Shown here: positions 55,939-64,000 of the stretch, piece by piece
Layout of the letters: every line of letters starts with the position of its first letter
How positions within the stretch are numbered: position 1 is the first letter of the stretch
The notes under the pieces: generated by a model
The model's input: only the letters and a program-made list of their open reading frames with translations
Told to the model about the DNA's origin: nothing
The model's database searches: none
Program-made: the position numbers and the translations under genes
IMG/VR virus record: IMGVR_UViG_3300045988_182866
Length of the DNA: 64,000 bases
From: a virus
Reading direction: 5' to 3' (one strand)

Positions 55939-56628
55939 ATGGAACAAAAAGAACGAATTAAAAGAATTCAAAAAGCTTTGAATGTCAACGCAGATGGTAT
56001 TATTGGAGATAAAACTCTTACAGCTATTGAAGGGCTGCTGAATTTAAATAAACCCATAGAGGATAACATGGGATATTCCGTAGTCATAAGTATAGGTCAT
56101 TCTACTGCAGATAAAGGCGCAGTAGCATCGGATGGTCATATTGCCGAATATGACTATAATAAAAAGCTGGCAGATATTATTAAAAAGGAACTTGAAAGTA
56201 CAAAAAGTCTTTCTGTTCATGTCGTTAATCGCTTAACTGACGGAGGAGGGAAAGGTGTTTCTGCTTCCGTTAAAGCTATAAACATGTATAAAAGTGATTG
56301 TGCTATTGAGCTTCATGCAAATGCCTATAATGGTACTGCTTCTGGCTCTGAAGTTCTTTATTGGCATACTTCAACTAAAGGCAAGAAACTTGCGACCGAC
56401 CTTCAAGAAGCTATTATTAAAGTTTTAAATCTTCCAAATAGAGGTATTAAGCCATTATCCGGTGAAGATCGAGGTGGGGGAATTCTTAAAGGAACAGTTG
56501 CGCCGACAGTAATAACTGAACCGTTTTTCATCGATAATCCTAAGGACCTTAAATTAGCTGAAGATAAAATTGAACAGTTAGGAGTAGCTATGGCTAATAC
56601 TATTATCAAATATCTTTATACAAATTAG
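55939..56628 (+). CDS. endolysin: PG-binding domain plus N-acetylmuramoyl-L-alanine amidase
   Basis: IKRIQKALNVNADGIIGDKTLTAIEG (PG_binding_1) then Amidase_3-like ISIGHS..D.GA; ORF track alternative start 55900. Confidence 0.8.
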   Translation: MEQKERIKRIQKALNVNADGIIGDKTLTAIEGLLNLNKPIEDNMGYSVVISIGHSTADKGAVASDGHIAEYDYNKKLADIIKKELESTKSLSVHVVNRLTDGGGKGVSASVKAINMYKSDCAIELHANAYNGTASGSEVLYWHTSTKGKKLATDLQEAIIKVLNLPNRGIKPLSGEDRGGGILKGTVAPTVITEPFFIDNPKDLKLAEDKIEQLGVAMANTIIKYLYTN

Positions 56629-56660
56629 GATGATTTCTATCATCCTTAAATATACTCTAT

Positions 56661-58190
56661 ATGAACCTTTCTTTATTGACAGTATTATGTCATGGCAAAA
56701 ATAATAGCCAACTTAAAGAATTATTAAAAAATAATAAAATATTAAATTTTATTAATACTTTTATTAAAGATAAACCTTATTATGAAACACCCTTTAGATT
56801 TTTAAAATTGTTGAGTAAAAATGCAACATTACCTGCCTGTATTATATGTGGAAATATTATTTCTTATAGTATTTGGAATAGACGTAATAATGCTAAATTT
56901 TGTTCTAAAACTTGCAAATATTCTAAAGAAGGTAAAGAAAATACTAGAAAAAATATTGAAAAAACATTAATTGAAAAATATAAGGTTAAAAATATTTTAC
57001 AACATAAAAAGTTTAAAGAAAAACAAGAATTAACTTGTTTAGCAAAATACGGAACTAAATTTTATTCAAAAACTTCAGAATGTAAAGAAAAAGTTAAGAA
57101 GACGTCATTAGAAAAATTTGGTACAAATAATGTGATGTTCAATAAAAAGGTTTTAAAAAATATAAAAAATAATAATTTATTAAAATTTGGGGTTGAATGG
57201 CCTTTATCAGATAAAACTATTCATAAAAAAACTATGAATAGTCTTGTTAAAAAACATTTAGAAAAGCTTAAAAAGTTTAATTTAACTTTGTTAGATGAAT
57301 ATCAATCCACAAAAGAATACTATAATTTTAAATGTGCTACATGTGGTAATACATTTAAAGATCATTTAAAAAATGGTAGAATTCCTATATGCAAACATTG
57401 CTTTCCTTCTAATACTTCTATTGGGGAAAAAGAATTATCAAACTTTATTAAACAATTTTCTTCTAATATTAGCTTAAATGATAGAACATTAATAAATCCT
57501 TTAGAATTAGATATTGTTATTCCAGAAAAACATTTAGCAATAGAATTTAATGGGCTATATTGGCATTCTGAAGAACATGGTAAAAATGAAAATTATCATA
57601 TTAATAAATCATTATTATGTAAATCTAAAAACTTTAATTTAATTCATATATTTGAAGATGAATGGCTTTTTCAAAAAAATATAATAAAAGGTATTATAAA
57701 AGATTATTTTAATAGCAAAAAAATAAAAACAAATTTTATTACATTTAAAAAAATCGATAATAAATTAGCTAAAAAATTTAATGAAAAATATAATATTCTT
57801 GGACATATTACTACAAAAAATAATTTTGGACTTTTTTATAAAAATAGATTAATACATGTATTATCTGTTGGAAAACCAAGATTTAATAAAATTTACAAAT
57901 ATGAAATTTATCGATTATCCTCAACATTTAATTTTAAAATTGAAAATTATTTTAAAGTTTTAATTGATAATTTACCTTTATCAATTAAAGAATCATTAAT
58001 ATTTTATGAAAATAAACGTTTTCCTATTATTAATAAAACATTATTAGATAATTTGATATTTTTATCAAATTCTAAGCCAAGCTATTTTTTTGTCAAAAAT
58101 AAAAATAGATATTCAAAATATAATAAAATAAATAGATTTGATTATAAAATTTGGGATTGCGGATCAACACTTTATCAGGTTAAATATTAA
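56661..58190 (+). CDS. putative homing endonuclease: K/N-rich zinc-ribbon N-terminus plus C-terminal DUF559/Vsr-like nuclease
   Basis: CIICGN..C..C and CATCGN..CKHC; C-terminal LELDIVIPEKHLAIEFNGLYWH. Confidence 0.6.
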   Translation: MNLSLLTVLCHGKNNSQLKELLKNNKILNFINTFIKDKPYYETPFRFLKLLSKNATLPACIICGNIISYSIWNRRNNAKFCSKTCKYSKEGKENTRKNIEKTLIEKYKVKNILQHKKFKEKQELTCLAKYGTKFYSKTSECKEKVKKTSLEKFGTNNVMFNKKVLKNIKNNNLLKFGVEWPLSDKTIHKKTMNSLVKKHLEKLKKFNLTLLDEYQSTKEYYNFKCATCGNTFKDHLKNGRIPICKHCFPSNTSIGEKELSNFIKQFSSNISLNDRTLINPLELDIVIPEKHLAIEFNGLYWHSEEHGKNENYHINKSLLCKSKNFNLIHIFEDEWLFQKNIIKGIIKDYFNSKKIKTNFITFKKIDNKLAKKFNEKYNILGHITTKNNFGLFYKNRLIHVLSVGKPRFNKIYKYEIYRLSSTFNFKIENYFKVLIDNLPLSIKESLIFYENKRFPIINKTLLDNLIFLSNSKPSYFFVKNKNRYSKYNKINRFDYKIWDCGSTLYQVKY

Positions 58191-58299
58191 ACATAAACAT
58201 GTTTAAAAATATTCTTCGATTTATCGTCTTTATCGCTTATAAATGGATTGAAGGAACTAAACGAAAGTAAAGCACCTTTTTAAATCCAGTTAATCTTTA

Positions 58300-58345
58300 A
58301 ACTAAAATCAGTGAAGGTCAATGAAGGCTTTCACTGATTTTTATT
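58300..58345 (+). terminator. rho-independent terminator
   Basis: aatcagtgaa..ttcactgatt stem then TTTATTTTTT. Confidence 0.6.
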
Positions 58346-58349
58346 TTTT

Positions 58350-58853
58350 ATGAAATTAAAACTTTCCAGTGTTGATAGAATTGCTGCAAGTATTATAAAA
58401 CAAGAAGATATTGATGGATATAATCTTGTAAAATATATTATGTATTTTACCTACTGTTTTCTTTTAAGTTTTTATAATATTGACTGTATTCTGGTGAAGT
58501 TTAAAACATCCAAAGGATCAATTATAATTGATAGAAAACGTCCTATTGATTTAAGTGTTGAACCAATTCAACAAGGTTGTCTTGTATCTTATGTAATTAA
58601 ATGTGTTTGTAAAAACTTAAAAGGGCTAAAAGCAGATGAAATTAATAAAATGATTACTGTAATTGGAAGCCCATATCATACAGTGATCTCTCAAGGTAAG
58701 ACAAAAATTAAAAAGAAAATCATTAAAGAATATTTTAATAATTTCTATAATATACTTCCAAAATACGAAGTTATGGAAGATAGAATTACAACAACATTTA
58801 ATATTCTTAGACTTTTAGCTAATATTAAATCAAAGCCTTTTCATCATAGCTAA
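58350..58853 (+). CDS. hypothetical protein
   Basis: 167-aa ORF. Confidence 0.4.
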   Translation: MKLKLSSVDRIAASIIKQEDIDGYNLVKYIMYFTYCFLLSFYNIDCILVKFKTSKGSIIIDRKRPIDLSVEPIQQGCLVSYVIKCVCKNLKGLKADEINKMITVIGSPYHTVISQGKTKIKKKIIKEYFNNFYNILPKYEVMEDRITTTFNILRLLANIKSKPFHHS

Positions 58854-59459
58854 ATTTAATTTGGAATAATCTTCCATCCAAGGAATAATCTTTACGTTTA
58901 ATCCAAGTTTATTTTTCATTACCTTAATATCTCCAGATAATTCATAAGCTAAATCTTCACTAAAGTAAATTGTTTTAATAAGATTAGAAAGATTATATTT
59001 TGGAGGAAGTTTAATAGATTTACTTTTAGAATAAAGTCGATCCTCCATTTCATTACCTTTATGAGCACGGCCATAAGGCTGGTAATCAATAGCTGTAATC
59101 TGAGTATTTCTTAAATTAGACAATGCCTCTTTATCAAATTCAACAATAACAGAAGTATCTGGATCAAAATGATTTTGAATTAATCCAGGCCGTAAAGATC
59201 TTGCAAAACTTCTGGAATAAGGATATTCTTTATTTTTTTTATAAACTAGAGAATTCTGAAGCTTTTTAATATTTTCCTGAGAATCATCCATAACATTATC
59301 GTCAATATCTATATTCTCAAATTTATTATCTGTTAATTCCCATTCTTTATCTCGTAATAAATGAACTAGTTCTTCAATATCCATAACTCGATAAATTGAG
59401 CCTGGACTTTTAGATTCGATTAAAAATTTAGAAAATTTTAAATGTTGGGATAGCTTCAT
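58830..59459 (-). CDS. hypothetical protein
   Basis: 209-aa ORF. Confidence 0.4.
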   Translation of the reverse strand: MKLSQHLKFSKFLIESKSPGSIYRVMDIEELVHLLRDKEWELTDNKFENIDIDDNVMDDSQENIKKLQNSLVYKKNKEYPYSRSFARSLRPGLIQNHFDPDTSVIVEFDKEALSNLRNTQITAIDYQPYGRAHKGNEMEDRLYSKSKSIKLPPKYNLSNLIKTIYFSEDLAYELSGDIKVMKNKLGLNVKIIPWMEDYSKLNLAMMKRL

Positions 59460-60061
59460 ATAATCAATTTATCGTCAGGAATTTTTGTATACATTTGGGC
59501 AAAGGCAAAAGCACAAGAACATTCAATAGGTCCTGTTTGAGAATAGTCATAAGAAAATCCATTTAAGGAAGTTGGAAAGGCTTCCGAAAAGATGAATTGA
59601 ATCTTTGGCTTATTATATTCATCTAAGCCAATTGCACTAACATTTGTCCAATATGACTCTAATCTAAAATAATCTTGTTTAGAAATTAAATTATTTGGGT
59701 CAGGAATTGCGAGTTTCTCATCATGAATAAGATTTAACCAATTATAAAGAGTAATATAGTTAGTATAATCTCCATTAATCTCAAATGAAAAAGTTAATAA
59801 AGGAAATGGTTCTTTAGAATGAGAGGAAACATAAACATTTCCAGAAGCATATCGTTGTGAAATTGCTTTAATGGTAATATCAGGAATTTTAATTTTACTA
59901 AGAGCAAACTGAACTGAATTTTTATTAACAGATTCTTTGGAAATATTAAGAGTTGTCTTATTCAGACGCATTAAAGGCTGTGGCATATTAAAAAGAAATA
60001 TCCACTTATCTGCCCTTGTCTTATTAAGGGGACTTTGAATAATCGGTTGTTCAGTATTCAT
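59456..60061 (-). CDS. hypothetical protein (possibly structural)
   Basis: 201-aa ORF upstream of terminase. Confidence 0.4.
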   Translation of the reverse strand: MNTEQPIIQSPLNKTRADKWIFLFNMPQPLMRLNKTTLNISKESVNKNSVQFALSKIKIPDITIKAISQRYASGNVYVSSHSKEPFPLLTFSFEINGDYTNYITLYNWLNLIHDEKLAIPDPNNLISKQDYFRLESYWTNVSAIGLDEYNKPKIQFIFSEAFPTSLNGFSYDYSQTGPIECSCAFAFAQMYTKIPDDKLII

Positions 60062-61065
60062 TAAACAATGTCTACTCTGGATAAAAGATTTAAATTAGAT
60101 ACCATGAATGATGCAGGATATTTTTCAAACCGGCAAAATGCTGTTTTATTAGCACTTATTTTGGTAATAACATTCTCCGCTTTAGGAAATGTAATGCTTA
60201 TCTCAGTATTTCCAGAGTTTTTAATAGCAACCGTATAAGAAAATATATTAATATCTGGCATATTAGTAAAATTCCAATCTACAGTTTTATCAGCATTAGT
60301 TTGAATAATATAACAAGGATCAATGCCGTCTGAAGCATAATCAAAATTCATATTATCGGTATAATTAATGATTTTATTATGACTTATTTCAGAAGCACTA
60401 ATAGCATCATCAACATATTTTTTAGTTGCTGCATGATTATCATTAGTAGGTGTTACAATTGTAACAGGTTTACCTTCAATTGATGGACCGCTATCTCTTA
60501 CATAGAAACCATTTTCTACACTATCAACATTTGCATACATTGCTACTACATCAGCCTTACAAACCCAGGTATAATAATTTCCTTCATTTGAACCATACTG
60601 TACAGAACGATATGTTGGATAGATTTCCTCTTTCCAGGTCCTATCATTATTAAAAATTATGCCTCCTTGCCAAGAGGCAGATAATTCGCCGCCACTGGCA
60701 ATATTTGCAATTACTTGCTGATAAGTTACTGTATGAGGATTAGACTTATTATCAATATGTGCAGTTAAATCTGTAGATTTGGCAAATGTATCTGAAATAA
60801 GATCATCAGGAACTATACCGGAAGTAGGAATTAATAATACTTCATTAGGAGAAGTACCAGCATTATAATTTACTGCAGTTCCAAAATCTTTTTTAAAATA
60901 ATTAGAAACTGTTCCTAAAGTAACTTTATTAGCTTCTTCCCCATAAACAGAATTAACTGAATCAAATTGTAAAACATAAAATAGACTAGTGTCTGCTAAA
61001 GGATCAGTAAGCGCCGGTAACTGATCTAATGTTACTAAATTAAATTCTGAAGGTGACGAAGCCAT
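60061..61065 (-). CDS. hypothetical protein (possibly structural/fibre)
   Basis: 334-aa ORF. Confidence 0.4.
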   Translation of the reverse strand: MASSPSEFNLVTLDQLPALTDPLADTSLFYVLQFDSVNSVYGEEANKVTLGTVSNYFKKDFGTAVNYNAGTSPNEVLLIPTSGIVPDDLISDTFAKSTDLTAHIDNKSNPHTVTYQQVIANIASGGELSASWQGGIIFNNDRTWKEEIYPTYRSVQYGSNEGNYYTWVCKADVVAMYANVDSVENGFYVRDSGPSIEGKPVTIVTPTNDNHAATKKYVDDAISASEISHNKIINYTDNMNFDYASDGIDPCYIIQTNADKTVDWNFTNMPDINIFSYTVAIKNSGNTEISITFPKAENVITKISANKTAFCRFEKYPASFMVSNLNLLSRVDIV

Positions 61066-61082
61066 TGTTAAAATATTTAAAG

Positions 61083-63468
61083 TTAGAACCAGTTAGGTAA
61101 ATCTCTGACACCAAATTGGTCAAAGCTATTCGGAAGGGTAATCTGGTTTCGATATTCATCCAAACTAAGAGTTTCTCCAAAATCTAAAAGATTCATTTGC
61201 TTTTTTTGTTTAAAATCATTACTTGATGTAATAGTATTAATTTGGCCTTTACTAAATCCGGCCATTACTCCGATAAATGGAGATTCCATATCCAACTCTT
61301 TATAAAGAGTATTAGCCCAATCAGTCCTGGGATCCATTTCCCATCGTTTTTTAATAACAAGAGGAATATTATTGACGTCTTTTTTATCAACAATAAGATA
61401 ATTGTTAATTACTTTCTTATAAAGAGCAAAAAGACTCCAACATAAAGCCAAAACATGGTCATCATGGAATCCTGGTTGAGCACACCATCGAATATTATTA
61501 CTTTGATTACGAATGCAAGTAAATGTTCTTAATTCTTCAATAGTTTTTTTATCATAAATTTTGACAACTCGACGGTCATGAATATAATATTTCATATTAT
61601 GAACGCCTTCGCTTTTTGTCACTCTATTGGTAATAATACCCGGGAGAACTTTTCGCCCTGGGGTTTGCGGCCCGTATCCTGAACCGAAATTAATAAATCT
61701 CGGATAATTATTTTCATAGAACAGCTTTTCACAAACATGGGCCCCAGGGCCGTTTCGTTCAACTGACATAATAGGAGAATACCACTGTTTTGCAATTTCC
61801 AAGACTTTAGCCGCAAAAGTAGTAATATCCATTGTATTAGTTGAATATCTGGCAGCCTGCTCAATATTCAAGGGGTCAGTAATATCAAAAATTTGAATAA
61901 CTGAATAGTCTTGTCCTACGCCTTCAGAAGTATCAACTCCCATGGTATAGATTTTTTCGGAATCAGGTTTTTTCCAAATATAATAATTTCCATCTTCTAA
62001 TATGTTTAATGGTTCAATTAATTCTTTTGTGAACTTATCAAACATGTTAGGATCAAATGGAGAGCCCGAATTATTAAGAAACCTACATTCATATTCTTGA
62101 GTAAATGTATCATAGCTCATTGTGCTCAATTCAGCATCTTTCCAAGCTTCTGTTCTGCCAGGGAAATCAAACCAAAAAGCTTTCTCTAACGCAAAATCGT
62201 TTCTTCCTTCTTCCGCCTTAGATACCAATTCATGAAATTTATTACCTACGCCCTTAGGAGTAGATGCCACAATAAGCTTTGCATTTTTATTATTATTAAA
62301 ACGAGAAGCAAGAGTAGGAGTAACAGCAGCCCAGAAAGCTTCAGCATCTTTAGGAGGAATAATAGCAAACTCGTCAAGAAGAAGAACATCAATAGCTAAA
62401 CCACGAATAGCATCAGGTGAAGTAGCTGATGTTAAGATACGAGAACCATTCGCTAATGTAAAGAATGTTTTATTAAATTCAAGAACACCGCCCTTAATCC
62501 AGTTTTCCATCATTTGGAAAGCCAGACGAACACGCATAAAAATTTCGGTTGCTGTTGACTGTTTGTTAGCGACAATACATACAGTTTGGTCAGGATGAAA
62601 TACTGCAACCCATGTAGCAACGATAGTCATTAAGGTCGTATTATGGGAAAGAATACCGTTGGCATAATATAAATGATTTGAATCTTTAGCTAATTCAAAA
62701 TCATACATATTTTCCCATTCAGATGTTGCAATTACATCAACAACTTTATCTCCTCCATAATTAGTTGCAATATCTTCGCCAAGTGAATCTTTAGCAAAGA
62801 CTTGCTCATCTTTCATAGTAATTAAAATATGATTATCGGCACATTCGAGAATATTACCTGTCTTGAATTTAATAATATATTTTTGATAAGGGACAGTTTT
62901 ATTAATAGTTTTAATATCTGTCCATTCCTGATTTGAAGAAATTTGCCAATTTGAAGCATCAAGAACTTCTTCAAATTTTCTAAAAATTGTTTTAGATAAA
63001 TCTTTAAATTTTTTAAGCATTTTTAAAGGTAATTTTGTTAATAAACTTTTTAAGCTTATTTTGAATTTTAATTAATTTAAAAAAGATTCCAACGTTAATC
63101 TTAAAGGATAAATTTAAAGGCTTATAACGCACGCAAATTGGCACACTTGGAGAAAGACATTTGCCCCACTGACGAGAGCTTATAAGCAGTGTCTTCTTAT
63201 TGCGCTGAATTGTTTTTAAGATTTTTTTCTGTTTTTCAAAAAGGGTAATATGTTCTTTTTGACCGCTTAACGCAGAAATAATATAAAAGTGATTTTCAGC
63301 AAAATAGATAATATCTTTCTTACACCGGGCAATCTCTTTAATCATCGCCGGAGTATAGGTATAAGTTGTAGTATTCTTAGGTAAATTAGGATTATTAAGA
63401 TAATATTCCTCATTTGCTACTACTTCTTCACCCCTAAAATCAATGATCTTTGTAGCTTTTTTAGGCAT
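61083..63468 (-). CDS. terL: terminase large subunit containing a mini-intein in the Walker A P-loop (frame break inside intein)
   Basis: extein SRQWGK|..|TTLM gives Walker A; Walker B DVLLLDEFAII; intein blocks C-LSPSV.., GNILECADNHILIT, DSNHLYYANGILSHN; ORFs 63013..63468 and 61083..63020 are in different frames. Confidence 0.75.
62640..63159 (-). other. intein (Hint domain) inserted after GK of terminase P-loop
   Basis: starts with Cys after SRQWGK, ends ..NGILSHN immediately before TTLMTIV. Confidence 0.6.
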
Positions 63469-63471
63469 AAC

Positions 63472-63951
63472 TTACAGAATTTTATTGATGAAAGAATCAG
63501 GATGAATCAAAGTATTAGTAACATTCATAATCAATAATTCTTTAAAAGTACTATTGATAATAGTATAAAGATATTCATCCATAGAATGAGCATTATCAAT
63601 AATAATCAAATCATAGGTTTGTCCTCTTAGAGCAAATTCTGCAGAGTTCATTGATTTAAACCTAATAAGAGAATTATTACCGAAATAAAATTCAGATTTA
63701 TTGTAATCACGAACACAACCTATAATTTCATTGTTAAGTTCATTTAATGTATCAAGAGCAATACCCAATTCATTAATCATTAAATCAGCCATTTTCCTAT
63801 TCTCAGTAATGAATAAAATTCTGGAATTTGGATTATAATAAGCCTGGGCAAGAGCAAGGGCGATACAAGTTACTGATTTATTAGACTTTCGATTATCAGA
63901 AGATAATAATAATTTTAAACGTTTTTTATTAGACCGCTTAAGAACTTCCAT
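63472..63951 (-). CDS. hypothetical protein upstream of terL (possible small terminase subunit)
   Basis: 159 aa, position immediately 5' of terL; Walker-B-like DLIIIDNAHSM. Confidence 0.35.
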   Translation of the reverse strand: MEVLKRSNKKRLKLLLSSDNRKSNKSVTCIALALAQAYYNPNSRILFITENRKMADLMINELGIALDTLNELNNEIIGCVRDYNKSEFYFGNNSLIRFKSMNSAEFALRGQTYDLIIIDNAHSMDEYLYTIINSTFKELLIMNVTNTLIHPDSFINKIL

Positions 63952-64000
63952 AGTGAATAAAGAAGATTCAAATGGAATTGCCCGTTCTTTGGAATTAATC

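Noticed and set aside
63472-63951. Treating 63472..63951 as the N-terminus of terL
   Set aside because: It is separated from the terL start by an in-frame stop, and terL already has about 100 aa before its Walker A. It was left as a separate hypothetical gene, possibly the small terminase subunit.
1-64000. CRISPR arrays, rRNA genes, integrase or attachment-site pairs
   Set aside because: No regularly spaced direct repeats, no rRNA-like conserved blocks and no tyrosine or serine recombinase ORF were seen in this window.

Overview
This window is an AT-rich, gene-dense stretch of a large dsDNA phage genome. It is not bacterial chromosome. Almost all genes sit on the minus strand. Start codons lack Shine-Dalgarno sites and are instead preceded by a recurrent AACACCTT motif.

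Recognisable content:
- NAD+ salvage pair NadV (NAMPT) plus NadM-Nudix.
- NADAR and Macro domain proteins, both ADP-ribose processing.
- T4 Rnl1-like RNA ligase with a P-loop polynucleotide kinase and two metallophosphoesterases, which together look like a tRNA-repair module. There is also a second RNA ligase with a tRNA-binding OB domain.
- A Ro60-like vWA protein.
- A tRNA island (about 10.8-16.8 kb) holding at least seven tRNAs plus several aberrant tRNA-like fragments.
- An HNH endonuclease.
- Two TnpB (IS200/IS605 OrfB) genes, one flanked by perfect 28-bp inverted repeats.
- A radical SAM enzyme next to three paralogs sharing an N-terminal FETNSSS motif.
- GroEL flanked by two paralogous zinc-finger/DUF559 endonuclease genes, plus an HSP90-like GHKL ATPase.
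- PspA/IM30 plus an SPFH membrane module.
- Thioredoxin, ATP-dependent DNA ligase, a Polbeta-type nucleotidyltransferase, MazG, a dNMP kinase, ThyA and DHFR.
- Holin plus amidase endolysin.
- A large terminase subunit with an intein in its Walker A P-loop.

No CRISPR array or rRNA was seen. All calls rest on reading motifs by eye; no database searches were run.
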